A DNA stretch of 64,000 nucleotides from NCBI GenBank assembly GCA_013239625.1, contig MU054323.1, forward strand, positions 11,119,815 through 11,183,814. The letters are read 5' to 3'. Under the pieces are notes generated by a model. It had not been told where the DNA came from and searched no databases. It worked only from the letters and a program-made list of their open reading frames with translations. The stretch's first letter is position 1. The number at the start of each line of letters is the position of its first letter. Shown here piece by piece: positions 12,425-23,400 of the stretch. Both the position numbers and the translations under genes were made by a program. This stretch comes from Lama guanicoe. Lineage: Eukaryota.

Positions 12425-12457
12425 GGTGACCGGGTTCTCTCTCCACTTTCATTTTAG
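12425..12457 (+). promoter_or_regulatory. 3' splice site: possible branch point (gtgAc), polypyrimidine tract, TAG
   Basis: ggtgaccgggttctctctccactttcattttag directly precedes the exon. Confidence 0.9.
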
Positions 12458-12646
12458 ATCTTCCCGGATCCGTCAGACTTCGACCGCTGCTGCAAACTGA
12501 AGGACCGTCTGCCCTCTATCGTGGTGGAGCCCACAGAGGGGGAGGTGGAGAGCGGGGAGCTCCGGTGGCCCCCGGAGGAGTTCTTGGTCCAGGAGGATGA
12601 GCAGGATAACTGTGAAGAGACAGCGAATGAAAACAAGGAGCAGTAA
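12458..12646 (+). CDS. LBH: LBH terminal coding exon (C-terminal 62 aa + stop)
   Basis: After the acceptor ...ctccactttcattttAG the frame reads IFPDPSDFDRCCKLKDRLPSIVVEPTEGEVESGELRWPPEEFLVQEDEQDNCEETANENKEQ-TAA. This matches the recalled C-terminal part of the 105-aa mammalian LBH. Phase 0. It is absent from the ORF track because it has no start codon. Confidence 0.97.
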   Translation: MFPDPSDFDRCCKLKDRLPSIVVEPTEGEVESGELRWPPEEFLVQEDEQDNCEETANENKEQ

Positions 12647-15045
12647 AGTCCGGCCGGCGCCCCCGGGTCACACCAGCCAGCGTCTGTACCTGAACTGTGT
12701 TCTTTCCCACTGCGACGGAAGGAGAACGTGCGCCACACTAGTTCTGCAAACGGCCAGCGATGGCTTCCGTTTTGCACCTGCAGATCACTGAGTTGGTTTT
12801 CTTTTCTTTTCTTTTCCTTTTTTGAGATGTTGGGCAGCAGAGCCCTCTGCGACGACGTGCCAGGCCTTCTGAGAAAGGAAGCTTCTTAGAGCCAGGGTGG
12901 GGGTGCGGCGAGGCGGTGCATCTTTGAGATCTTTATCTGAACCCAAGCAGGCTGGGGGCAGTGGTGGGATTCCACTGGCCTCTGGGCTTGGGGGGGGGTG
13001 GGATGGGGGAGGTGCAAAGCCAGCAAGGAACATCCAGGGGTAAGAAAACGAATAGGAGACAGAAGAGAAAATACATGTTGTAAAGAAAACATAGAGCAGA
13101 GAAGTCCCGACCCCGCAGCCTTTCACTCTAGCTGCGGGGACTTCTCGCTCCAGTTTCACCCACTGTCAGCCTTCGCTTTTATTTTGGGTGTGCTGGTCTG
13201 CTATGGGGAGGCAGGTAAGGAGCAGAAGAACCTGGCTGCCTGCAAAGCCAGCTGGAGGTCATGCTGGGAAAGAAAAAAGGTCTCCTATTTCCTTCCCCAC
13301 GCCCCTCCCCTCAGGCCCTGGCAGGTGCACTTGCCTGCTGTAAGCCGGAGAGTTTTTTAAGAGGCCGCACCTTTGAGCTCTCCCCTGATTTCATCCTTTT
13401 TGCCCCCCAGCCCTTTGGAAGTAGTGAGAGCCCTTCCCACCCTTGTTGGAAGACCGAGGTAGATGCTTCAACACCAAGGCCTCTTTCCAGCGGCTCCCCC
13501 TAGACTTGCTCTCTCCCTGAGCCGAGGCCCAGAGCGGTGGGCTCTCCCAGGCAGGCCCTTCCCTCTCCTGCCCTCCACCCTCCTCAGCCCCAGCCCCAGC
13601 AGTCAGGCCCATGTGGCTGCCAGCCCTGCGGCAGATTCCAGCCAGCCTGACCAGCCACAGCACCCACTCCCCTGTGGGATTTTGGCCTTTTTCTGGTGGG
13701 AGCTGAGTGGTAAGCAGAAGAGGCTTTTTCTGTTTCTTGTTGGGGGCAGAATCTTTCATGCAGGTCCCAAGAGCTGGCAAAGCCTGGGAATTATTGGATG
13801 GCAGTGACTGGCTCTCATGTATTCACCTGGAACTAAAGGGTGTTGTGAAATCCCTGGCTTCTTCCATGGTATTCCTGGGTGTGGGAGGAGGGTGGCGTGG
13901 GGGACACCTCCTACTTGTCCCTGGCAAGGGCACAGTTGCATGAGAAAGCTAGCTTGGACTTAGAGCTTCTTATCATAGTTAAGAACCACCTGGAGCTGCA
14001 AAGATTGCAGAACAAACTCTTCAAACCATCTCTGTCTCACAGCAGGACGGTGCAGCCAAGAGGTGAGTTCAAGACCCTCCCTGGGACTGAACTCGGCCAA
14101 CCAAGACACCCACCATGTCCCCTCAGGTCTCCAGTCAGTCCAGGTCGACCCCGGCCAGGACTTGCTTGTTGGGTTGTATTTAATACCTCCAGGTTAGTGT
14201 GGGTCTGGAGAATGCTGGGGCAGGAGGACATGTCAGCGGGGCTTGGTTCTGGGAAGCCACTGCTCACCCCTTCACCCCTCGGCCCCCACCCTCTGTGTTG
14301 CCTGCTTGTGTTGCACACACCGATGGCAATAACTTCTTCCAGCTCCTCGAGCAAGTGGGAGAGGCCTGCAGCCTGCCCTGCGAGGGGATTTCTCTCTCTC
14401 TCTCTCCCTCTCCTCCCGTTTGGGCTGCAGAAAGCGTTTCCTCGCTACTCGCATTCTCTCCCAGCAGCAGTTCTCATCCCTTGTCTCCCTTTGTGGATGG
14501 GGTCTTGCCTTTGAAAATCCCGTGTTTCTGTGTCCTCCTCTCATCTGCTCCCCTGTATCATCTGTCCCGGTCTTGCTGTGTGATGGTAACGTGCTTGTAA
14601 ACTGCATAACAAATCTACTTTGTGTATATGTGTGTTTATGGGGATGGTTCATTATTTTTGCTGGTCGCTAGACCCCTTTGTATGACCATGTGGAGTCTGA
14701 GCAGGCCAGGGGCTGACAGCTCAAGTCAGGACCCTCAGCAGTGAGCTTGCTGGGGGGACCCAGCTGCTCTTGGACAAGTAGCTGAGCTCCTGTCTGGCCT
14801 CCTCTTTTTTTTTTTTTTTTTTTTTTTTAGTAGCTTGTGTGTATTTCTAACTGATCATATTGGAAAAAAAAACAAAAAACAACCAACCCTAGTATTTCAG
14901 TAAAAATGCCTGTTGTAAGATGAACCTCCTGTAACTTCTGTCTGTTCTTTTTTGAGGCTCAGGGAGAAACTAGCATTTTTTTTTCCAAACTACTTTTTGT
15001 CACTGTGACAGTTGTAAATAAAGTTTGAAAATGCTTTCCACTCTG
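12647..15045 (+). other. LBH: LBH 3' UTR (~2.4 kb)
   Basis: Repeat-free stretch from the stop codon to AATAAA, followed by U/GU-rich sequence. Interspersed repeats resume at ~15234. Cleavage site is approximate. Confidence 0.8.
15017..15022 (+). terminator. Polyadenylation signal AATAAA
   Basis: gttgtaAATAAAgtttgaaaatgc, with upstream UGUA and T-rich elements and downstream ctggtctggtttccttctt. Confidence 0.85.
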
Positions 15046-15233
15046 GTCTGGTTTCCTTCTTCCTTCCTGCTCTGTTGAAACAAACAAAGCACAGAAGCTG
15101 CTCTCGCAGGAGGCTGAGTTCGGGGAAGCCCCATGTGAGGGTCCTTACATATCTTACCTGCTAGTCCTTCTGGGGTCAGCCTGTTCATGGTTTTTATTAG
15201 CTGGTTGAATGAAAGCAGCTTTTCCTTCTATGC

Positions 15234-15395
15234 CAGCAATTCTCAACTCTGGATGCACATCAGGGTTACCAGGAGAACTTTAAAAAATATACAAATACCT
15301 GAGTCTTACCCCCAGAGACTTGAATTTCAGTGGGCTAGAGTGAGGTCCAAGCATTAGTATTTTTCAGAATCACCTGGGGAGAGTTTAACATACAC
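15234..15395. mobile_element. MER5-like hAT MITE
   Basis: cagcaattctcaactctggatgcacatcag...cccagagact... Confidence 0.7.
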
Positions 15396-15504
15396 ACTTT
15401 TCTAAGGGAAGAGAAAGACCCCAGATAATAATGTAAAGTTGTTCACAAAGACTGGGAGTTAATAGATGAGCGTGCATAGAGCTCAAGAGAGCTCCAGGAG
15501 GTAT

Positions 15505-15960
15505 TCAAACCATTGACTGAGTGCCTAGCACTTCTCAGGCATTGTTAAGAGGTTGGGGTAAACAAAATAGTTGTGGTCCCAGTCCTCACTGCACTGCTCT
15601 AGTGTAAAATTAAAGTGAGTGCAAGGCAGGAAAAGCAGGTGCTCTTAGATTGAGTATCTGTTGGAAGGGTCAGGAAGGACATCTGAAGAAGTGACAAGGA
15701 GATGAAGGAAGGGGAGGAGGTGCATGGAGAGAGTGCTTCTGGCAGAGAAGTCTTGGGATGAGCTTGACTAGAGGGAAGAGGGGAGGAGGAACAGTGCAAG
15801 GAGGGCTTCTTGGGCCTGGGTGAGGAGTTTGGATTTTATTCCAAGTGCAGGGCCTAGAAGGGTATTATTTACATTTTTACCCAATCTGACCCTGGAGATG
15901 GGGTTGGAGGGGGCAAGGTGGAAGTCCTGGAGACCAGGAAAGGGGCTTCACCGAGGTCAG
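15505..15960 (-). mobile_element. L2 3' fragments
   Basis: attgactgagtgcctagca... and gaggagtttggattttattccaagtgc. Confidence 0.6.
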
Positions 15961-16299
15961 AGTGAGAGCAGGTGGTGCTTTGTGGAAAAGGTTTTTGGAC
16001 ATTTTTTGAACCTGATGCTGGATACTTTTGCCTTCACTCGGCCCACATGTAGGCTCCTAACCATGGTGAATATAGACCATCAAATGATCTGTGCTGAGAG
16101 TGCCCACCCCCTGGAATTATGGCATCTCAATCCATTTTAGCATTAGCCTAAGTCAGACCACTCGTATGGATCTGCTGCCCTGATGATAACGTTCATGCCC
16201 TGGCTGTCCTCATCTTGGATTGTCCCTCTGTGTTCCCCCAACAGCCGGAGGATGGAGATGATTAGGACACAGCCTCCTGGAACATAGCCCCACAGAATA

Positions 16300-17020
16300 C
16301 TATATTCACAGATGACATCATCTATGTAGAAAAATCCTATGAAATCTACCCAAAAAAGCTACTAGAACTGACACGTGGGTTCCGCATGGTTGCAGGATCT
16401 AAGATCAATATTCAAAAACTCACTGTATTTCTATATACCAGCAAAGAACAACTGGAAATTGAAATTTAAAATACCACTTACGTTAGAATCAAAAAATACT
16501 AACTAGGGATAAATCTGACAAAAGATGTGTAAAACCTGTTCAATAAAAAATTACAAAACACTACTGAGAAATGAAATGACCTACATAATCCGAGAGGTAT
16601 GTTCATGGATCTGATGACACAATGTTGTCAAGATGTCAGTTCTCTCCAAATTAATCTATAGATTCAACACAATCAAAATCTTAGCAAGCTTTTTATTTTT
16701 GCAGAAATTGACAATCTGATTCTAAAGTTCATACGGAAATACTAAGGACTAGGCTATCCAAAACAACTCTGAAAAAGAACAAAGTTAGAGAACCCAAATC
16801 TCAAATTCAAACCTTATTACAAAGTTACAGCAATCAAAACATTTAGTATTGGCATCAAGATAGACAAATAGATCCATGGAACAGAATAGAGAGTCCAGAA
16901 ATAGATCCCAAATACATGGTTGCTCAATTTTTGACAAAGGTACCAAGGCAACTCAGTGGAGAAAGGACAGTATTTTCAACAAATGACTCTAGAACACCTG
17001 TATATCCATATGCAAATATC
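16300..17020 (+). mobile_element. Old L1 ORF2 fragment (RT C-terminal part onward), frameshifted
   Basis: ttcacagatgacat is a remnant of the FADD motif. Also gcatggttgcaggatctaagatcaatat and ggaacagaatagagagtccagaaatag. Confidence 0.9.
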
Positions 17021-18067
17021 CCCCAGGGTTGGAAACATGAATCTTTATTTCTGTCTTTCATTGTCTCCATGTGACATTCTGAGTAGAATAATTATTCATT
17101 TAGGACCAAAAAATAATCCTTTTTCATGTTTGGCCGGTCACTTCAAAGCTGTCCCCACTCTACTCCATGCCACTTCCCCTGTCCCTAAAGGAGGAATATT
17201 GGTGACAACTGATGAACTGTGCTGTTTTATTTAAGTCCTTCTCAGCCCCTCCATGTGTTGGTCAGGGTTATCCAGGATCCTCAGTGTTCTTTTCTAGTAC
17301 TTTTTGCAGAGGGATGTGAAGATTGAGCTGTCCGTAGGCACTCCACAAGTCAAGGTTTTTTACTTCTTCCCCTTAGAGATCTGGTAGCTAAGGAACTGGC
17401 CCCTGCCTTCTCTCCCCTGCTTTTTGTTCTGGATCCTGTGTGCACATGAGTCAAGGAGAGCTTCAAGGTGAGGACACCCACAAATGCACCTGCCTTCATC
17501 TGCCCGTTTTGTTCATCACCATGAGGGAGAAAAAGGGAAATTTAATGCCTTCTGTCCACAAAAATATTGGAGAGGGAAGAAGGGGACATCTCCTATCAAG
17601 CTAGACCTGAGGTCTGGCTCTCCTTGGGCAGAGACCTGTTTGAAGTGACAGTTGGGTTTTGTGTAAAGTGTGGAGAGATTGCAGGTGTGAGGGACAGCAA
17701 GTGCAAAGGCCCCGTGGTAAACATCGGCTTGACTTTTTTGAGGAATGTCTGTGAAGCCAGCATGGCCAGAGTAGAGGGAAAGAGAAGTAGCTGAGATCAG
17801 ATACCACGTCAGATATCAACAGTTTAGAGTTACTATTACCCATTGTGAGAAGCCCCCTGGGGAAGGAAGCAGGCTTACCAAGCATCCCAGCCCCTGGAAA
17901 TCCACTGGTCGGCCCAACCAAAGTTGTCTGACCAGCGGCATATGGCAGTCAGTATTGACAGACCTGAGGCAATACCACATCCTGGAGGGGCTTCTGGATC
18001 ATCAAAGGAGAATTAAATTAAATAGAATTTGGTTTGTACATCTGTCCTTCAATTACTGACAGGTGCT

Positions 18068-18285
18068 TATAGCTAAGAGAATGGGCTCTGAGATCAGGCT
18101 CCTGGATCAGTAGCTCAGCCCTACCTCTTACTAGCTGTGTGACCTTAGGCAAGTTACTTTTCTTCTCTGGGCCTCACTTTCCTCCTCTGTAAAATCGGTA
18201 CTTACCTCTTATAGTTGTGGTGAGGTTTAAATGTACTATTGCAAGTAACATGCTTAGAACAGTACCAAGAATATGGTAAGTGCTG
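18068..18285 (+). mobile_element. MIR
   Basis: ctagctgtgtgaccttaggcaagttact...cctcactttcctcctctgtaaaat. Confidence 0.85.
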
Positions 18286-18298
18286 AAAACTTAACTTT

Positions 18299-18751
18299 CG
18301 TGGTAGGCAGAATACCCCCCAACCCCCAAAGATGTCCCCATCTTAATCTCAGGAATCTGTGACTCTCCGATGTTACATAGCAGGTAGGAATTAAACTTGC
18401 AGGTGGAATTAATGTTGCTAATCAGCTGACCTTGGCTTGGGAGACCCTGGAATATCCAGGTGAGCCCAATCTAATCATAAGGGTCCTGATAAGGGGGAGA
18501 AGAGTAAATGCCAGAGTCAAAGAGACTCTAGCTTTGAAGATGGGAGAAGGAGCCTCTAGAAGTTGGTAAAGGCAAGGAAACAATTCTCCCTAAAGCTTCC
18601 AGAAGGGACATAGCCCTGCCAACACCTTGACTGTAGCTAGGTGACACCCATTTTGGTCTTCTGACTTCTAGAAAGGTAAGATAATAAATTTGTGTTAATT
18701 CGTTACTAAATTTATGGTAATTTGTTAGGGCCACAGTAAGAAACCAATACA
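18299..18751 (+). mobile_element. MaLR solo LTR, MLT1D-like
   Basis: Starts (c)gtggtaggcagaat...cccaaagatgtcc. Contains gctaatcagctgacctt and aaggcaaggaaacaattctccc. Ends ataataaatttgtgtt...aaccaataca. Confidence 0.85.
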
Positions 18752-19551
18752 GCCATTATTATCATATGACGATGGTGATGATGACACAGACTTCTGCTGT
18801 GTGACCCAGAGAACAGAGTAGCAATGGACAGAGGAGGTTCCAGGCAGGCCAAGGCCACTCACTGTCCGGCACTGGAGCCCACACTGTCCTAAGGCTCAGA
18901 GTCTTCTCCGAGTGTCACCAGGCAGAGGCATCTGTCAGATGGCAAGGGTGCTGCTGCACTGGGACTGGATACATTTGACGCTATAAAGCTCTTATTCTAG
19001 AATTTTGAAATATCAAAGATTAATGTGTGATTTATTTGTCAATATAGTCTGTGTATCAGAATATTCATTAGAATTCTCTTCTCTCCATTTACCTACTTAG
19101 CAGTCCTGCTTTGAAATGAAATTCATTCACACTACTTCCTTTACCATTTCCAATTAGAAAAACATGAATTCACTCTTCTAATATTGGCTACCATTGACAG
19201 AGCACTGGACCATAGGTTTACCGTCATTCTTCTAATTCTCACAACAGTTTTGCAAAGTGTAGGTTTTTATATATGAAATTTGTTTTTTTCTGTACAAACT
19301 ACAATTAGCAATGATGGAAATTCTACAAGACAGTGAAGTTTGGGGACCTTGTCTTTCAAAGCACATCACAGTCAATTTGCATTTTTGTTTCGTTCCAGTC
19401 ACTGTCCCTCATACTTACCAGAATGTACTCAATGAATGTTTTTTTTCCCATGAAGTAGGCATTTTTAATGTTATTTTACAGATGAGGAAGCTGAGGTCAG
19501 AGGGCTTCGAAATGTACTGACTTTGGAACCAAAAAGAGGGGTGTTAGAATC

Positions 19552-19668
19552 AATTATGTGCTGGTAAATGTGTAAGATCTGGCTCTCAAGGGAAAAAAAC
19601 CCAAAAACCCTGATTTAAAGCTTTTGTCAGTTTCTATGGCATAAATGCTCCCACTCCAGCTGATTTCG
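19552..19668. mobile_element. MER63-like hAT fragment
   Basis: atgtgctggtaaatgt...ggctctc...ccctgattt...taaatgctcccac. Confidence 0.6.
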
Positions 19669-19830
19669 TGGACAAACTACTCAGCCTGTCCGAGTCTCAG
19701 CTTCCTTTCCTATAAAATGGATAGATACCTACAAAACTAGGACCATGCCTCGTTCAGAGGCCCTGTATAAACTCTAGTGCCCTTCCTTCATTCAGAAAAG
19801 AAAAACAGCTCCAGCAAGATGTATTTGGTA

Positions 19831-20097
19831 CAGTATTTTTCTAACTGAATCATGAGTCTTTATTGGGTTGCAAATTTATTTGTGGGTTGCAACCAGAATT
19901 TTTAAAAAGAAAGATAACAGATAGAAAAGACTAGAACAGAACGAGAAAAAAATCAGACTGCAACAGACAGGGGAAGATTAAATGTCATTCTCTGAATCCT
20001 TTGTTTCATTCCTACATGTATATGAATGTGCGTACTAGGTCATGAAAAAAGAATTTTCTTGCTGTAGGTCACAGTCAAAACAGTTTGAGAGCCACTG
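19831..20097. mobile_element. Non-autonomous hAT-Charlie element
   Basis: Ends cagtatttttctaact / agtttgagagccactg, with degenerate gggtcgcg-type subterminal repeats. Confidence 0.7.
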
Positions 20098-21237
20098 ACT
20101 TAGTGAACCTGGCTTTCTAGAGAGCAGTGCTTTTACCTTATAGAGTTGTGGGGTGGGACAGAGGCATCTTGAAGAAGTAGTTTTATATCTTTCTCTGCAG
20201 AGGAAATGGGGCTGCAGCACCCAAGGGTGGAGCTGGGGTGGCCCATGCTAGGGGAACAAGCCAGAAAGGACCACAATGCCCTTTGCCTCCTCCAAGTCCA
20301 GGGCTGAGCTCCAAGCAGCCCTCCCTCGTATTGCCTGGTGAGCACTGGAGAAGGGAGGGACCTTTGCACAAGGGAGGAGGAGGAAGCTGCACAGGAAATC
20401 CTTGCTGCAAGCTGGCTGCTTCTGGAACCCACCACAGCAGCTCTCAGCCAATCAACAATAGCGCCCTTAGATAAAAAATAACCCATGGGGTCTGCAGCCC
20501 TGGGGCAGGGGCACGCTGTCTAAAGGGCTGGAAGGTCACCAGGCTACGACTGAGGTCATGCTCCTTGGCGCTCTGCTCTGCTTTGATTTCCTGATTGCTA
20601 ATTAGAGGGCAATTTTCCAGCTGGAGGTCATTTGGGCCAGTGCCAGGAATGGGGCCCCCTGCGCCCAGGGTCTCTGCTCCCCTGCACTTTTACACAGGGT
20701 GATGGAAGGATCACTCACGCTAAGATCGTGAGATCTGAATGCAGCACCTCTCCCAGGTGGACTTTCATCTTAAAAGAGAGCCCAGGAGGTCTTAACCGAA
20801 GCTTGTCTCAACGGACATTGGTGGGGATTCTCAGGGAGGGAGGACAGAGGCCTTCCCTGCAGCGTTTTCCCTCAGCTATGGGTGGGGTCTGAGCCCAAGG
20901 CACCTCCAGCTGGTCCCCCAAAGTCCTCTCTCCAGCCTCCCAGTTCCCCTCAGTGCTTGAGCTCCACCAGCGATCAGTCTCCCTACACACTGGGGAATGA
21001 GGGAGAGGGCAAGGGTCATGCCAAATGTTATTTTACTACAACAAAGCCAGCTCTGAAACACGGAGACTAGGTGCCTCTGTTTGCTTCTGGCCTCACAGTT
21101 TGCTGGCTAATAATCTTGGTTCTCAACCTCCCATGCCCACCCCAGAAGCACCCACATCCCCCAAGGACTAACAACATTACACAGGAACTGCACTCCACAG
21201 TTTACAATACACACTTCTGATCTTTCAGTAACTTACA

Positions 21238-21711
21238 CAGCATTTTTTAAAACCTGGGCACATGGGTGGAATTCAGGGGTTCATGTGAATTTGGATGGGA
21301 CAGAAAAATTACATCTGTATTTTCATTAACTACTAAGTGAAATTTAGCACTTATGGCTATTAGGAATATAGGCAACAAACCACAGCAGTGTCAGCAGCAC
21401 AAGTGACTGTCACCAAAAGAAGTCACAGGTATTTTTATTTTCATGGTATACCTGTTGCAGGTATCATGAATCACCATTTGTAGTCATGGCTACCTCAAAA
21501 TCACACCTGCTGCTGGATTTCATTAGATAAAGCATTTGTAAAGGACATGTCTGACTTTATCGCAAATGCGTAGCTGTATCTCAGCATAATTGTTTTTTTT
21601 TGCAACTCTTTGCATTTTATTTTATGCATTTAAAGCATTATTCTGAAAAGAGGATTAAAACTTCTTCAAGCTGACAAAAGGATCCATGGTCCCAAAAGAT
21701 GAGGAACCCTG
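21238..21711. mobile_element. Charlie4a-like DNA transposon
   Basis: aacctgggcacatgg...tcaggggttcatgtgaa...ggatggga; ends ggatccatgg...gaggaaccctg. Confidence 0.75.
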
Positions 21712-22427
21712 AGGCCCTGGTGCTGGGGCCCTAAGCAGAGCTAGAGCAGAGCGAGCAAGGGCCCCGTAACTGCAGTGGCGCAAAGCTGACAGATACCCAT
21801 AAGCAAATAAACAATTGCAAACTAACTCAACGGTGCTGTGAAGGCAGAGGTGGTTTAGGCAGAAGCTATAGTTGGGGAAAACCTGGGATGGCCACGACGC
21901 GGGAGGCTGCTACCTCACTGCAGACTCAGTGGACTCACAGCCACCTCTGGCCAAAGAGAAGAGAGCCATCCTGGGGGCCCTGGGGAAGGGGCAGCTCTTC
22001 CCTGGACCTGCTCCATTTCCCTGCCAGCCGCAGCCCAGGGCCTGGGAACTGGGTGATGAACAGTCCCCACTGCTTCGGCCTGAGATGTTTCCCAGAATGC
22101 AGAACTTTTCAGTGCCCAAAGCGGGAGTCTTGAGCAAACCAGTACGGCTGGCCACCCTACTTGGAAACCAAACCCCACCCCTTTTACCTAAGACTAATTC
22201 AACTGCCTGGAATTTGGGTCAGCTTATTGCCATAGGCACCTTCTCTGTCTGTCCATCTCTGTCTGTACCTGTCTCTCTAGGTCTCTCTCTGGCTCGCACT
22301 CTCTCCCCACCTAGTCAGTTTCTGCTTTAGCTCCCAAGCTAGTCAAAGTCCCCCAGCTCCTGGCTGTCAAGTGATGTGAACTTTTTATTCCCCTGAGGGC
22401 CTACCGAACACTACTTGCTGCTTGCTT

Positions 22428-22600
22428 TTAATTGAGGTATAATTTACATAAAGTCTTCAAGTCCCAGGTGAATAGCTCAGTGAAGGTTTATATACCCATA
22501 AAACCGCCACCCAGGTCTAGATATAGAAAGCCATCACTGCCCAGAAGTCTCCTGAGTGCCCCTTCATTGTCAAGAACTCTTCCAAAGGCTAACCACTATT
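22428..22600 (-). mobile_element. Old L1M 3' terminus
   Basis: tttaattgaggtataatttacata...ccaggtctagatatagaa...ccatcac. Confidence 0.65.
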
Positions 22601-23057
22601 CAGTCCCCACCACCTTCATGTCAGTGGAATCACGCGCTCTGCACCCCTCAGCAGCGCACCTGCTCTGAAGCTGTTTAAGGTCCCAGTGTTGCCAGCCCAG
22701 CAGGACCATGAACAGGAGGGACAGAGAATGTAGGGGAAACTTTACACCTTATGATTGGAGGGAATAAATACCCTCATTTTCAAGTGATGACACGAGGACT
22801 CCGAGGGACATGTCACTTACTTGGTCCTTTTGGCTAGCAGTGACTGGGCTCAGGGACACAGCCTGTTAGAGAGACAGAACTGGGAATTAGAACCCAGAAT
22901 CTCCTTTTAAGCCCTGCAGCCTCCTTTGGACAAAAGCCAGGGCTGACTCCCGCTGTGACAAGGAGGTTTCTCCCCTGGGGAGGCTAAGCAGGCATCCAGT
23001 TTCCTCTGCTGCTCTCCCTGCCCAGACACCCGCCGCGCCCGAAACCCCAGGGATGCA

Positions 23058-23400
23058 GAGTGGTGGCTCTCAATGCCTGCTGCACATTAAAATCACAAGG
23101 GCGCTTTAAAAAGTCTAGTGCCCAGGCCTCACCCCAGACCAGTTAAGTCAGTGTCTCTGGGAGTGTGAACCTGGGCCAGTAGTTTTTAAAACACCTCAGG
23201 TGATTCCAATATTCTCAGGAAATTTTGTAAACAGCAGCGCTTCTCAGGATTTACAGTAGATATGAATCTTCCAGGGCTCTTGCTAGAATGCAGATTCTGA
23301 TCCAGCAGGTCTGGGGTGAGGCCTGAGAGCCTGCATTTCTAACAAGCTGCAGGCTGAGGCTGAGGCTGCAGCCCAGGGACCGTGTGTGAATAGCAAAACT
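23058..23400. mobile_element. Two adjacent MER5-family MITEs
   Basis: gcccaggcctcaccccagacc... and aatgcagattctgatccagcaggtctggggtgaggcctgag...tgcatttctaacaagct. Confidence 0.8.

Larger units (their letters stand above)
1..12457 (+). other. LBH: 3' part of the last LBH intron
   Basis: No upstream LBH exon (ending ...GLSYQ) is recognisable in the window. The region ends in a canonical acceptor. Confidence 0.85.

Noticed and set aside
12454..12777. Antisense ORF over the LBH exon
   Set aside because: Shadow frame of the real coding exon.
13879..14514. 211-aa ORF in the LBH 3' UTR
   Set aside because: GC-rich UTR sequence, non-ATG start, no protein-like features.
16300..17020. Intact or domesticated reverse transcriptase
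   Set aside because: Multiple frameshifts and stops, and the catalytic motif is degraded.
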